DNA of 64,000 nt. Source: Candidatus Eiseniibacteriota bacterium (GTDB lineage: Bacteria; Eisenbacteria; RBG-16-71-46; JACRLI01). This document shows, in pieces, positions 27,460 to 37,300 of the stretch. Location of the stretch: positions 171,485 through 235,484 of the forward strand of contig JACRLI010000004.1 in the NCBI GenBank assembly GCA_016235265.1, written 5' to 3'. A program made the position numbers and the translations under genes. Numbering within the stretch: position 1 is the stretch's first letter; every line of letters starts with the position of its first letter. A model generated the notes under the pieces. The model ran no database searches. It saw only the letters and a program-made list of their open reading frames with translations, and had not been told where the DNA came from.

Positions 27460-28086
27460 CTACTCCACCTTCCGCAACACCGCGACCACCTTGCCCAGCA
27501 GCACCAGCTCCTGGCGCGCGGCGATCTCGATGGGTTCAAAGGCGGCGTTGGCAGGCTCGAGGACGATACCGCTTCGCTTGGCTCGGTAGGTCTTCACTGT
27601 GGCCTCGCCGTCCACCAACGCCACCACGATGTCACCGGAGCGGGCTTCGCGCTGCTCCCTCACCACCACCACGTCCCGGTCCAGGATGCCCGCGTCCTTC
27701 ATGGATTCCCCGCGCACGCGCAGGGCGAACACCTTGCCGTGCCCCGCCATGCTGGGGTCGAGGAGCAGCGTATCCTCCACGTTCTCGTCGGAGAGAACCG
27801 GAAGACCGGCAGCCACTCGACCCAGCAGGGGGACAGAAACCGGCTGCGGCGCGGACGCCGCGAGAGTGGGACTGGACGGGGCATGGGTCAGCTCGATGCC
27901 GCGTGAGAGGCCCTGGCTGCGCCGCACATAGCCCTTGGCTTCGAGGCGCTCCAGGAAGTAGCGGACCCCGTTCGTGGAGCGGATGCCCGCGGCCTCCCCG
28001 ATCTCGCGGATGGTGGGCGGAAAGCTCCGCTCCTCCGTGAGCCGCACGATCAGGTTCAGCAGTTCTCTCTCTCGGTCCGTCAGCAT
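27460..28086 (-). CDS. lexA: LexA repressor
   Basis: From the internal Met (verified at 28084-28086) the product is 208 aa. It has a winged HTH (PTIREIGEAAGIRSTNGVRYFLERLEAKGYV), the cleavage site VAAG and the S24 peptidase catalytic motifs GESM and a conserved Lys (ATVKT). Confidence 0.9.
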   Translation of the reverse strand: MLTDRERELLNLIVRLTEERSFPPTIREIGEAAGIRSTNGVRYFLERLEAKGYVRRSQGLSRGIELTHAPSSPTLAASAPQPVSVPLLGRVAAGLPVLSDENVEDTLLLDPSMAGHGKVFALRVRGESMKDAGILDRDVVVVREQREARSGDIVVALVDGEATVKTYRAKRSGIVLEPANAAFEPIEIAARQELVLLGKVVAVLRKVE

Positions 28087-28188
28087 GTCGTCCCTTTCTT
28101 CGGTCTCCGGACCGGGGCGCAGAATGCCCGGCCCGGGCCGAATGGCCCTGGTGAGGGCGCGTCCCACGACCTCACGAATCGAAGAGTA

Positions 28189-28204
28189 CTGCACGGAAGG
28201 GCAG
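28189..28204. promoter_or_regulatory. candidate LexA operator (CTG-N10-CAG)
   Basis: The sequence taCTGCACGGAAGGGCAGga lies about 100 bp upstream of the lexA ATG. The left arm TACTG equals the gamma/beta-proteobacterial SOS-box arm. A related ACTGCAC-N7-CAAG lies upstream of the next gene (27292-27309). Confidence 0.3.
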
Positions 28205-28252
28205 GAATCAAGTGGAAAGTGCCCGGATGGGCAGGAAACAGACAAAGAGGCG

Positions 28253-28282
28253 GTAACTTGTTGTAATATTGCGTAATACCAT
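28253..28282. repeat. three helically phased direct repeats GTAAY (period exactly 10 bp) in an AT-rich island
   Basis: GTAAC is at 28253, GTAAT at 28263 and GTAAT at 28273, within ggtaacttgttgtaatattgcgtaatacca. It is the most AT-rich stretch I saw in the lexA-upstream intergenic region. Confidence 0.6.
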
Positions 28283-28530
28283 CGGTGATGGTGGGCTTGA
28301 CCGGGAGTGACCGGACGCGGAGGCAGCGCCAGCCGACTTCTTCGCCTCCATTTGCCCGCTCGCACCCAGGTTGACGGAAAACCAAGCCCGAACGTACCCT
28401 CTTGGCTCCATCGCGAACTCCCGCCGCAGGTTGGGAGAGAATGTACGTCAGGTCGTGCGAAGCCAGCTTCTCGTGAGATCCCAACCCGGCCGCATGAGCG
28501 GTCGGGCGAGCCCTGACAGGAGAAAGCCCG

Positions 28531-28845
28531 ATGACCGCCCAGCCCGCAAGCCCGAGCCCGGCCGCGCTCCCGAGGCGCATCTTCCTCTATCTCCCATCCG
28601 CCCTCCTGCTGCTGCTCGGAACGATGGCGCTTCTCGTCACCTACGGCTGCGGCGATCACGACCCGCACAGCATGGGCATCTGCGAGCGATGCAACACCGA
28701 CGTGGACTGCAAGGAGGGGCTCACATGCGAGCTGTATGGGAACAGCTCCCTCCTGGTCATGTACTGCACCGACGGCAGGGCCGAATGCGCGCCGGTATCG
28801 GGCCCGCCCAGTGCGACCATGCTGATGGCTCCCGTGAGCCATTGA
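28531..28845 (+). CDS. small Cys-rich putative lipoprotein
   Basis: A signal-like segment ends in TYGC. The mature part has six Cys residues (C-x2-C-x5-C-x5-C-x12-C-x6-C). It lies directly upstream of the VKOR-DsbA fusion. Confidence 0.45.
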   Translation: MTAQPASPSPAALPRRIFLYLPSALLLLLGTMALLVTYGCGDHDPHSMGICERCNTDVDCKEGLTCELYGNSSLLVMYCTDGRAECAPVSGPPSATMLMAPVSH

Positions 28846-28870
28846 GCGCGGACCCGCCCGTCGGCGCGAC

Positions 28871-30250
28871 GTGGTAGGGCAGCGCAGGGACTGGCTGCTC
28901 ATCGGGCTGTCCACACTCGGGACAGCCCTTGCGCTTGTGGCCACGGTTCAGACTCTTCAACTCCAGGTGGACGCCTCCCGGGCCCTGCTCTGTGGCTCCA
29001 GCACCTGGTTCGACTGCCGCACCGCCCATGCTTCGAGCTTCTCGCACTTCCTCGGAATCCCGATCGCCTGGTACGGAGTGCTGCTCTTCTTCTGGGTCAC
29101 GGTCGCGCTGGCCTGCGGGGAAGCTCTGGGACTTTCCCGCGACGCCGTGCGCTTCACCTGCCGGATCACACTCCTCGGGGCGCTCCCCGTCTGCGCGGCG
29201 GAAGCGTATGCGATGCTCTTCCTGCTCCGGGTCGTGTGCCCGCTGTGTGTTTCCATTGACCTGGTGGTTCTGTTGTTGTTTCTCGGGCTGGCAACGGGAC
29301 GTCGGCAGGCCGGGGTGGGGATCATCAAATACTGGCGCGGCTTCCGCGAGCGCGCCGCGAGTGGTCCATCCCTGAAGGCGCAGGGGGATATCCGGTGGTG
29401 CTTCGGCTCGCTCCTCATGCTCTTCGCGACCGGCCTGGTGGCCATGTCCGTCGTCAGCAACGTGGTCTTCCGAGTCGGCAAGGTGGACGTGGCGCGGGAG
29501 GCACGCGAGCATTTCCTCCAGGCGCCCACCAGGCTGGTCGTGCCGGGGGATGCTCCCAGCTGGGGGAGCCCTGGGGCAACCGTGGAGATCGTTGTCGCCA
29601 GTGATTTCCTGTGCCCGATCTGCAAGGAGTCCGGATTGGTGCTCCGCGGGCTGCTCGCGGAGTACGCGGGCTCGACGCGCCTTCGCTTCCTCAACTACCC
29701 GCTGAGCACGCAGGTGAATCCGTACGTGAAGCACGACATCCATCCCCTCGCGGGAATGGCCGCCTCCGCGGCCCTCAGCGCCCAGAAGATGGGAGGATTC
29801 TGGTCCTTCCATGACGAGATGTTCAGGAACCAGTCCGGCATCTCGAAGCAGCGGATCCTCGACCTCGCGACGCATCGCGGGTGGGACGCCGGGAAATTCT
29901 GGGAGGAGATGGGATCCCCCAGGACTTCCAACCGCCTGCGTCAGGACATCGAAGCGGCGCACTCGGCAGGCGTGCTGGGGACGCCGACCGTCTGGGTCAA
30001 TGGCCGGGTGGTGCGGCGGTGGTCCACCCCGCCCCTCCTGAGGAGGATCCTGGACGCGGAACTCGACCGCCGGGGCTCCTCGGCGACGGGGAGGCCGCGC
30101 CAGGCGGCCCGCCGTCCAACCGGACCGGAACACCCGCCCTTCAGCTTTTCCGCCGCCGGGACCGAGGCAGGGATGCGACCGCGAATGGTCGAGATTCACA
30201 CCCTGCGGCGAGAACCCCCCGTCCCAGGTGGCACTATGCGTCGACGATGA
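28871..30250 (+). CDS. vitamin K epoxide reductase (VKOR) domain fused to a DsbA-like thioredoxin-fold domain
   Basis: The VKOR loop cysteines are CGSSTWFDC and the membrane CxxC is VCPLC. The downstream thioredoxin-fold CxxC is DFLCPIC. The start codon is GTG. Confidence 0.8.
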   Translation: MVGQRRDWLLIGLSTLGTALALVATVQTLQLQVDASRALLCGSSTWFDCRTAHASSFSHFLGIPIAWYGVLLFFWVTVALACGEALGLSRDAVRFTCRITLLGALPVCAAEAYAMLFLLRVVCPLCVSIDLVVLLLFLGLATGRRQAGVGIIKYWRGFRERAASGPSLKAQGDIRWCFGSLLMLFATGLVAMSVVSNVVFRVGKVDVAREAREHFLQAPTRLVVPGDAPSWGSPGATVEIVVASDFLCPICKESGLVLRGLLAEYAGSTRLRFLNYPLSTQVNPYVKHDIHPLAGMAASAALSAQKMGGFWSFHDEMFRNQSGISKQRILDLATHRGWDAGKFWEEMGSPRTSNRLRQDIEAAHSAGVLGTPTVWVNGRVVRRWSTPPLLRRILDAELDRRGSSATGRPRQAARRPTGPEHPPFSFSAAGTEAGMRPRMVEIHTLRREPPVPGGTMRRR

Positions 30251-30596
30251 CTTTGAAACCTCCGTACATCATCCGCTTCACATCGAAGGGCATCGCCTTT
30301 GACTTCATCATGTCCGCAATTCGCGGATCCTTCATGACCCTGGCATTCACTCGATCGCGATGCGCGCGAGACTTGAACACGATCCACGAGAACACGACGG
30401 TTTCACCCGGCTTCAGTCGAATGCCTCGAGGGAACGATTGCCCAAACTTCACCTTGAGATCATCGCCTACGCACTCGAGGTATTCCACGGCGCCATGGTC
30501 GCGCCATACCCTTGCGCCCAACCGTGCCATTTCAAGATAGCTCGCGAGGTTCTTCCTGGGCATGGGTAGGACGAACCCGTCTACGTAGCGTGGCAT
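30234..30596 (-). CDS. DUF1428 family protein
   Basis: MPRYVDGFVLPMP...VVFSWIVFKSRAHRD...PFDVKRMMYGGF matches the DUF1428 pattern. Confidence 0.8.
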   Translation of the reverse strand: MPRYVDGFVLPMPRKNLASYLEMARLGARVWRDHGAVEYLECVGDDLKVKFGQSFPRGIRLKPGETVVFSWIVFKSRAHRDRVNARVMKDPRIADMMKSKAMPFDVKRMMYGGFKVIVDA

Positions 30597-30794
30597 GGTT
30601 CCCTCCTGCGAGTTGCTGTGAGATTCAGGCTTGTTCGACGGATGAAGCAGCGGTCATTCTGGCAATTCTCAGCGATCGGGCCAAGTCGGCCGCAGACACG
30701 ACGTTGAAAAGCCGGCTCTTCCGGGAATCGCGTGAGTGCATTCAGCGCCTCAACGCGGCGCCGGCCGGATGGGGGCGAGGTCGACCGGGAAGAG

Positions 30795-33701
30795 CTAGTG
30801 CGGCGGCCCATCCCCCGGCCGGTCGCCGTGCTCTCCCCGCCACATCCCCGGCATCCGCGGCATCCTCCCGCCCATCATCGGCCGGATCGTATAGGTGAAC
30901 GTCAGCATCACGTAACGACCCAGCGCCCGGTTGCGCGCGTCCTCGACGTAGTTGCTGGTCACGGTCCGGCTGGTGCTCTGGTTCTGGTTCAGCAGGTCGG
31001 TGGCGGAGAGGCGCAGCTCGCCGCGGCGCTCCTTGAGGAACTTCAGCCCCACCCCCGCGTTCCACATCAGGATGTCCTGGTTGTAGCCGCTGGTGAGGCC
31101 GCTGGTGACGTTGCTCGCGAGTTCGTTGCGCACCACCACGTCGCTCCACAGTGTCAGATTGAGTCTCACGGACGCGGCGTGGCTGTAGTAATCGTTGTCG
31201 AGAGAGGTCTGCAGCGTGTTCCGGGCAACGTTGTAGCGCCCCATGTACGAAACCGTGAAGTCCAGGTTCTCGCTCCTGTTGCTGCTGAGCACCGCGCCGC
31301 CGCTGAAGGTGCTGGTGCCCGCCGAGTTCGGCGCCCCGCCGATCAGGCCCGGAGTGCGCGTGTAGGCGTACCCCGTGCTGAGGTTGAGGATCCCGCCCAG
31401 CAGACCCGTGGGCAGGCTGTAGGTGGCGAAGGAGTTCACGTTCCAGTGGCCGTCCAGGTTCACCGGGTACGCCAGCTGCGCGCCCTTCTTGAGCACCACG
31501 CCACCGGTGAGCACGCTGTCGGCGGCGGCGGTCACGGTGGAGGTGGCCACGTAGTCGCGCGTCCTCTGCGCCGAGAGCACCAGGAAGAAGCTGCGCGAGC
31601 GCGCGGGGTCCGCGGTGGAGTAGCGGGAGACGAACGTGTGCGTGTAGGACTCGTTGAGCCGCGGGTTGCCGCTGGTCAGCAGCAGCGGGTTGGAGTTGTC
31701 CACCACGTCCTGCAGCTGGCTGATGTCCGGCGCGGACGCCGACGTGCGGTAGAACACGCGCCAGTAGGCGTGCTGCGCCAGCGTGTACTCGGCGTTGAAG
31801 GAGGGCATGACTTTGTGGAAGTCCCGGTCCACGACGGTGTTCACCGGAAAGGTGCGCTCCCCGTGCAACCGGCTCTTCCGGTACGCCAGGTTGGCCGAGA
31901 GCCGCACACTGCCGAGGCGCGCCAGGTAGCCCAGCCCGGCGTCGTGCACGGTGTTCCGGCTGCTGTAGGTGTTGGAGAGCCCGGTGTCGGTTTCGGTGTA
32001 GGCACCCGCAAGCGGGTCCAGCAGGTGGACGCGGTTGTCGGCCTCGGTGTAGCTGAGCGAGGGCGCGTAGTGGAATTCGAGGATTCCCTTCGACCCCACG
32101 GGCTCGGTGTACACCAGCCGGGTGGAGAGCGAATAGCCGCGGGTGAGGATGTCCGTCTGCTGGTCCAGCGTGTCGCTCACGCTCCGGCCGGGTAGGAAGT
32201 AGTCCGCCACCGAGCGCAGGCTGCTGGAGCCGTCCCTGTGATTGGACCCCAGCCCGAAGTCGGCCGACACGGTGCGCCCGCGGGTGGCGAATTTGTGCCG
32301 GAGCACGGCATGGCCGGAGAGGTTGTTGCCCGCGGTGGCGGAGTTGGAGGCGCTGACAGCCTGTCCCAGCAGGGCCCCGTCCGCGGCGGAATTGGACGCG
32401 GAGACGGATCTCGACGAGTGGTTGCTCTGGAAGAACAGCCGCGGCGTGAGCACCAGCGAGTTGGAGGAATCAGCCGTGAGCTCCACGCGGGACTCGAACC
32501 GGTGATTGTAATTGCGGCCTTCGGAGTCGGTGGCCTGCCCGTAGAGGCTCACCGAGTCGGGGCGGTCGGCGTACTGGCGCGCGAGGGATTCGGTGTTGCG
32601 CGTGTCGGTGGTGTTGAAGAAGTAGCTCTGGTTGAACTGTAACGCGTTCCACCAGCGGTCGCTGTAGTTGCCGCCCAGCACGTGTGTGGCGGTGAGACCG
32701 CCCGGCTGGCCGATGAGGAAGTTGCCCAGCAGCCCGGGACCGTCGGGCCCGCCTCCGAACCCGCCGCCCACTCCCCCGCGCCCGCCGCCGGGCCGCCGGC
32801 CGCCGCCGAACATCCCGCCCCTCTGCCCCGGCGCGTTCAGCACCCCCAACAGGTCCTGCGCCGCGAAGTTCTGGAGGTTCACATTGTTGGAGAGCTCCAC
32901 CACCGAGAGCCGGCGGTCGCCGTGCATCATGTTGAGATTGCCGCCCGCGGTGTAGAGGCCCTGGTCCCCGTGGCCCGCCGCCACCTTGCCGAACTCGCTG
33001 TCGCGTCGCTCGGGGCGCAGCTTGAAGTTGATGGTCTTCTGCGCCTGGCCGTCGTCGAAGCCGGTGAACTCGGCCTGCTCGCTCAGCTTGTCGAAGATCT
33101 GGATCTTGTCGATGGCCTCGGCGGGCAGGTTGTGCAGCGCGATGTTGGGGTCGCCGCCGAAGAACGGCTTGCCGTCCACCAGCACCTGCTGGACCGTCTC
33201 GCTGTTGCTCTTCACGGTGCCGTTCTCGACGGTCACGCCGGGCACCTTGGCCAGCAGCTCGCCGGCGCTGGCGTCGCGGTTGGTCCTGAACGCGCCGGCG
33301 GCGAACTCGGTGGTGTCGGCCTTCTGCCGGGCCGGCGGCGGGGTGCCGGTGACGTCAATCTCGGGCAGTTCGATGGCGTCCTCGGTCATCACCAGGTCGC
33401 CCGCGTCGAAGGAGGCAGCGTTCACGCGCACCGTGCGGCGCAGGGGGGCGTAGCCGACGCGGGTGGCCTCCAGCCGGTAGGCGCGCCGGCCCAGGCCGGA
33501 GACCTCGAATGCGCCCTTGTCGTTGCTGACCGCATGGCGCACCACGGCGGTGTCGGCGGCATCCACGAGCCGCACCAGCACGCCGGGAAGTCCCCCACCC
33601 GCCTTGCGGTTGACGATCCGGCCGTGGAGCGTGGACGTCTGCGCGCGGGCAGGCAGCGGCAGCAGCGCCAGGAGTGCGAGGCACAGCAGGAGCTTCTTCA
33701 C
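30795..33701 (-). CDS. outer-membrane beta-barrel protein with N-terminal CarboxypepD_reg-like domain and plug (TonB-dependent-receptor-like)
   Basis: The protein has a signal peptide (MKKLLLCLALLALLPLPARA), a CarbopepD_reg-like segment (LHGRIVN...VRLVD), a plug-like segment and about 700 aa of alternating beta-strand pattern. The start overlaps the upstream stop (ATGA). Confidence 0.8.
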   Translation of the reverse strand: MKKLLLCLALLALLPLPARAQTSTLHGRIVNRKAGGGLPGVLVRLVDAADTAVVRHAVSNDKGAFEVSGLGRRAYRLEATRVGYAPLRRTVRVNAASFDAGDLVMTEDAIELPEIDVTGTPPPARQKADTTEFAAGAFRTNRDASAGELLAKVPGVTVENGTVKSNSETVQQVLVDGKPFFGGDPNIALHNLPAEAIDKIQIFDKLSEQAEFTGFDDGQAQKTINFKLRPERRDSEFGKVAAGHGDQGLYTAGGNLNMMHGDRRLSVVELSNNVNLQNFAAQDLLGVLNAPGQRGGMFGGGRRPGGGRGGVGGGFGGGPDGPGLLGNFLIGQPGGLTATHVLGGNYSDRWWNALQFNQSYFFNTTDTRNTESLARQYADRPDSVSLYGQATDSEGRNYNHRFESRVELTADSSNSLVLTPRLFFQSNHSSRSVSASNSAADGALLGQAVSASNSATAGNNLSGHAVLRHKFATRGRTVSADFGLGSNHRDGSSSLRSVADYFLPGRSVSDTLDQQTDILTRGYSLSTRLVYTEPVGSKGILEFHYAPSLSYTEADNRVHLLDPLAGAYTETDTGLSNTYSSRNTVHDAGLGYLARLGSVRLSANLAYRKSRLHGERTFPVNTVVDRDFHKVMPSFNAEYTLAQHAYWRVFYRTSASAPDISQLQDVVDNSNPLLLTSGNPRLNESYTHTFVSRYSTADPARSRSFFLVLSAQRTRDYVATSTVTAAADSVLTGGVVLKKGAQLAYPVNLDGHWNVNSFATYSLPTGLLGGILNLSTGYAYTRTPGLIGGAPNSAGTSTFSGGAVLSSNRSENLDFTVSYMGRYNVARNTLQTSLDNDYYSHAASVRLNLTLWSDVVVRNELASNVTSGLTSGYNQDILMWNAGVGLKFLKERRGELRLSATDLLNQNQSTSRTVTSNYVEDARNRALGRYVMLTFTYTIRPMMGGRMPRMPGMWRGEHGDRPGDGPPH

Positions 33702-34306
33702 CTTGGCCAGATTCCCGGAACCGCGCGACGGTAATCCTCAAACTCCCGGCCGAACGCCTTGCGCAGCAGCTCGTCCTCGATGCGCGCGCGGTACGCCGCC
33801 ACCGGCCACCACGCCACCGCCACCACCGCCGCGGGCCAGGAGAGCGCCGCCAGCGCGGAGCCGGCGAATAACAGGCCCAGGCCGAAATAGATGGGATGGC
33901 GCACCATGTTGAATGGGGGCTCGCGGATCAGCTTGCCACCCCAGTCCACGCGCGCCAGCACGTGGCCGGCATGGCCCAGCACCAGCACCGACCACACCAG
34001 GAGCGTGAGCGCCACGAAGCACATCAGCGTGCCGAGGGCCGCCAGCGGAGCGGCCACCGGCTGCGGCAGGTACTTCCCCACCGCGCCCCAGTTCATCTTC
34101 ACGCACACCGGCACCAGCGCCCCGAGCACGAAGGTGGCGATCGCCCCCGGCCACGAGCGCCGGTCGCGGTGGGTGGCCGCGCGGCGCGTGCCTTCCACCC
34201 GGAACAGGTGCCACAAAACGCCGAGGGCCAGCGCCGAGAACACGAGCAGCACCGTGATCCGGCCGGTGACGATGAGTGAGTAGACGAGCACCTGCGTGAG
34301 GGACAT
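33698..34306 (-). CDS. ICMT/PEMT-family membrane methyltransferase
   Basis: The protein is polytopic, and its C-terminal motif is REPPFNMVRHPIYFGLGLLFAG. Confidence 0.7.
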   Translation of the reverse strand: MSLTQVLVYSLIVTGRITVLLVFSALALGVLWHLFRVEGTRRAATHRDRRSWPGAIATFVLGALVPVCVKMNWGAVGKYLPQPVAAPLAALGTLMCFVALTLLVWSVLVLGHAGHVLARVDWGGKLIREPPFNMVRHPIYFGLGLLFAGSALAALSWPAAVVAVAWWPVAAYRARIEDELLRKAFGREFEDYRRAVPGIWPR

Positions 34307-34318
34307 GCAGGGAAGGTA

Positions 34319-37300
34319 TCACCCGGCGGGTGCGGGGACCAGCGACACCGCCACCGCCGGCTCGCCCACGACTTCCGTTCCGGAAACCGCGTCCACCTGC
34401 GGGGCGATCAGCTTGTACATCACCGGCGTCAGGATGCGCGCGAGCAGCGTGCTCGAGATCAGCCCGCCGATGATCACCCACGCCAGCGGGGCATACATCG
34501 CGCTGCCCTGGAGCGCGATGGGCAGCAGGCCGCCCGCGGCCGTGAGGCTGGTGAGCACGATGGGCAGGAAACGCACCTCGCCGGCGCGACGGATGGCGTC
34601 CTCCATGGGCATGCCCTGGGCCCGCAGCTGGTTGGTGAGGTCCACCAGCAGGATGCTGGTCTTGATCTCGATGCCGATCAGCGCCACGAACCCGATGGTC
34701 GCGGTGAACGAGAGTGTCTGCCCCACGAGGAACAGCGCGGCGATGCCCCCGGCGATGCCCAGGGGGATCACCGACGCCACGATGGCCGTGGAGCGGAAGG
34801 TGCGGAACTCCAGCACCAGGATGGCGAGAATGCCGAAGATGGCCACCAGGATCGCGCCGCCGATGCCGCCGAAGCTCTCCTCGCGGCTCTCGATCTCGCC
34901 CGCGGGCACGATCCGGTAGCCCTCGGGCAGGCGGAGCTTCGCCACCCGGGCCAGCGCGTCCCGCGTCACCCGGTCGGTGATGTGGCCGGTGAGCACCGCC
35001 GCGCCCACCGTCACGCTGCGCACCCGGTCGCGGCGCTGGATCTCGGGCACCGCGCGCTCGAAGCGCACGCGCGCCACCTGGCCCAGCGGTGTGAGCTGTC
35101 CGGCCGCGCCGCTCACGTACAGCCGCTCCAGGTCGGACGGGCGCGGCCGGCTGGCGGGCGCCAGGCGCAGCACCACGTCGCGCTCGTCGCCGGCCCCCTC
35201 GCGCAGCGTGCCGGCCTGCAGGCCCGAGAGCGCCAGGCGCACCATGCGGTCGATCTCCAGCGGCGCCACGCCCAGCAACCCGGCCTTGCCGCGGTCAATG
35301 TCCACGCGCAGGTCGCTGCGCGCCAGCCGCAGCGGGTTGTTGACGTACTGCGTGCCCGGGGTCCGCTTCAGCGCCTCCTCGACGCGCGCCGCCAGCACGC
35401 CCAGCGTATCCAGCGAGCTGCCGGTGATGCGCATCGCGACCGGCGCGTCCACCGGCGGGCCCTGCTCGAACTCCCGCACCGCCAGCTCCGCCCCCGGGAA
35501 GCGCGCCAGTTCGGCGCGCAGCGTGTCGAGCATGCGCGGCGTGCCCTTCTGGTCGTAGTGGTCCAGCAGCACGAACAACTGCCCCACCCGGGGGTTGTCC
35601 ACGCGCGAAGTGACGTTGTAGTACACCGCGGGGTTGTCGTGCCCCACCGAGGTGTACACGTTGGTGATCCCCGGGTGCCGCGCCAGCACCCGCTCGGCGA
35701 AGCGCGCGGCCGAGTCGGTGACGGCGATGCTGGCGCCCTCCGACGACGTGATATCAATGTGGAACTGCGGGGTCTCGGCCTTGGGGAACAGCGAGAACCC
35801 CACCACGGGCACCAGCGCCAGGCTGCCCACCACCACCGCGACCGCCAGCCCCACGGTGAGCATCGGCCGCCGCAGCGCCTTGTCGAGCACCGGGGCATAG
35901 GTGACGTGGATGCCCCGGTCGAACGCCCGCAGCACCCGGTTGCCGTGCGCCGCGGGCTTCTTCCCCAGCAGCAGCGTGGTGAGCCACGGGATGATGGTCA
36001 GGGAGACGAACAGCGACGCCAGCACCGTGACCACCACCGCCATCGGCAGCGAGCGGATGAACCTCCCCGGGCCGCCCGGCAGGAACAGCAGCGGCAGGAA
36101 CGCGAACAGCAGCGTGGCGGTGGCCCCCAGCACCGCCACCCAGATCTGGCTGGTGGCGCGGATGGCGGCCTCGCGCAGCGGCACGCCTTCCCTTCGGAAG
36201 CGGGTGATGTTCTCGACCACCACGATGGAATCGTCCACCAGCAGCCCCAGTGCGATCACCATTCCCACGATGGTCATCTGGTTGAGCGAGTACCCGAGCC
36301 AGTACAGCCCCGTGATGCCGATGGCCAGGGAGAGCGGGATGCTGATCATCACCACCAGCGCGGCGCGCAGGCCCAGCGGGAGCAGCGTGAGCAGCACCAG
36401 CAGGATGGCGATCCCGAAGTCCTCGCCCAGCCGCGCCAGCCTGCGGTTGACGTTGCGGGCCTGGTCGAACGCGAACTCCAGGCGCACCCCCGCGGGCAGC
36501 GCCTTCTGGAAGCGCGCCAGCTCGGCCGCGATCCCGTCGCGCACCGACTCCACGGTGGTGCCGCGCTGCTGTTGCGCGGTCACGAACACGGAGCGGCGGC
36601 CGTTGAAGCGGGCGCGGTAGGTGGAGTCGGCGTAGCCCCAGCTCACGTCGGCCACGTCGCGCACCCGCACCAGTCGCTCGCCCGAGCCGCGCACCACGGT
36701 GTTGCGGATCTCATCCAGCGTGGCGTAGCTGCCGGAGGAGCGCACGCTGAACCGGCTGGCGCCGGCCTCCACGCTGCCCGCGGGGATGTCGGCGCTCTCC
36801 CCGCCGATGGCCTGCATCACCTCGCCCACGGGCATGCGCAGCGCCGCCAGCCGGGCGAAGTTCACCGCCACGTCCACCTGCCGCTTCGGCGCGCCCCAGC
36901 GTTCGGAGGCGCGCACGCCGCGGACCGAGCGCAGCCGGTCGCTGAGATCCTCGCCCAGTGAGTCGAGCGTCCGGTACGAGGCCGCCGCCGAGACCAGCGC
37001 CACCTGCGCGATGTTCACGTTCAGCGTGGAGCCCTTCTGCACGTCGAAGCGCACCAGTTCCGCGGGCAGGCCCGGGCGCAGCACGTTCATCTCGCGCACC
37101 ACTTCGTCGTACTTCCTGTCGGGGTCCTTGTCCGGGCGGAACTCGACGCGTGTGACGGCCACGCCGTCGCGGATGCTGCTGGTGAGGCTCTTCACGTCCT
37201 CCAGCTCGTACAGCCGCTTCTCCACCTCGTTCACCACCAGCCGCTCCAGGTCGGTGGGGCTCGCGCCCGGCAGCACCGAGATCACCGAGAACGTGGGGAA

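Noticed and set aside
28087-28530. A canonical Gram-positive (GAAC-N4-GTTC) or E. coli (CTGT-N8-ACAG) SOS box upstream of lexA.
   Set aside because: I found neither by eye. Only the weaker CTG-N10-CAG candidate is reported, with low confidence.
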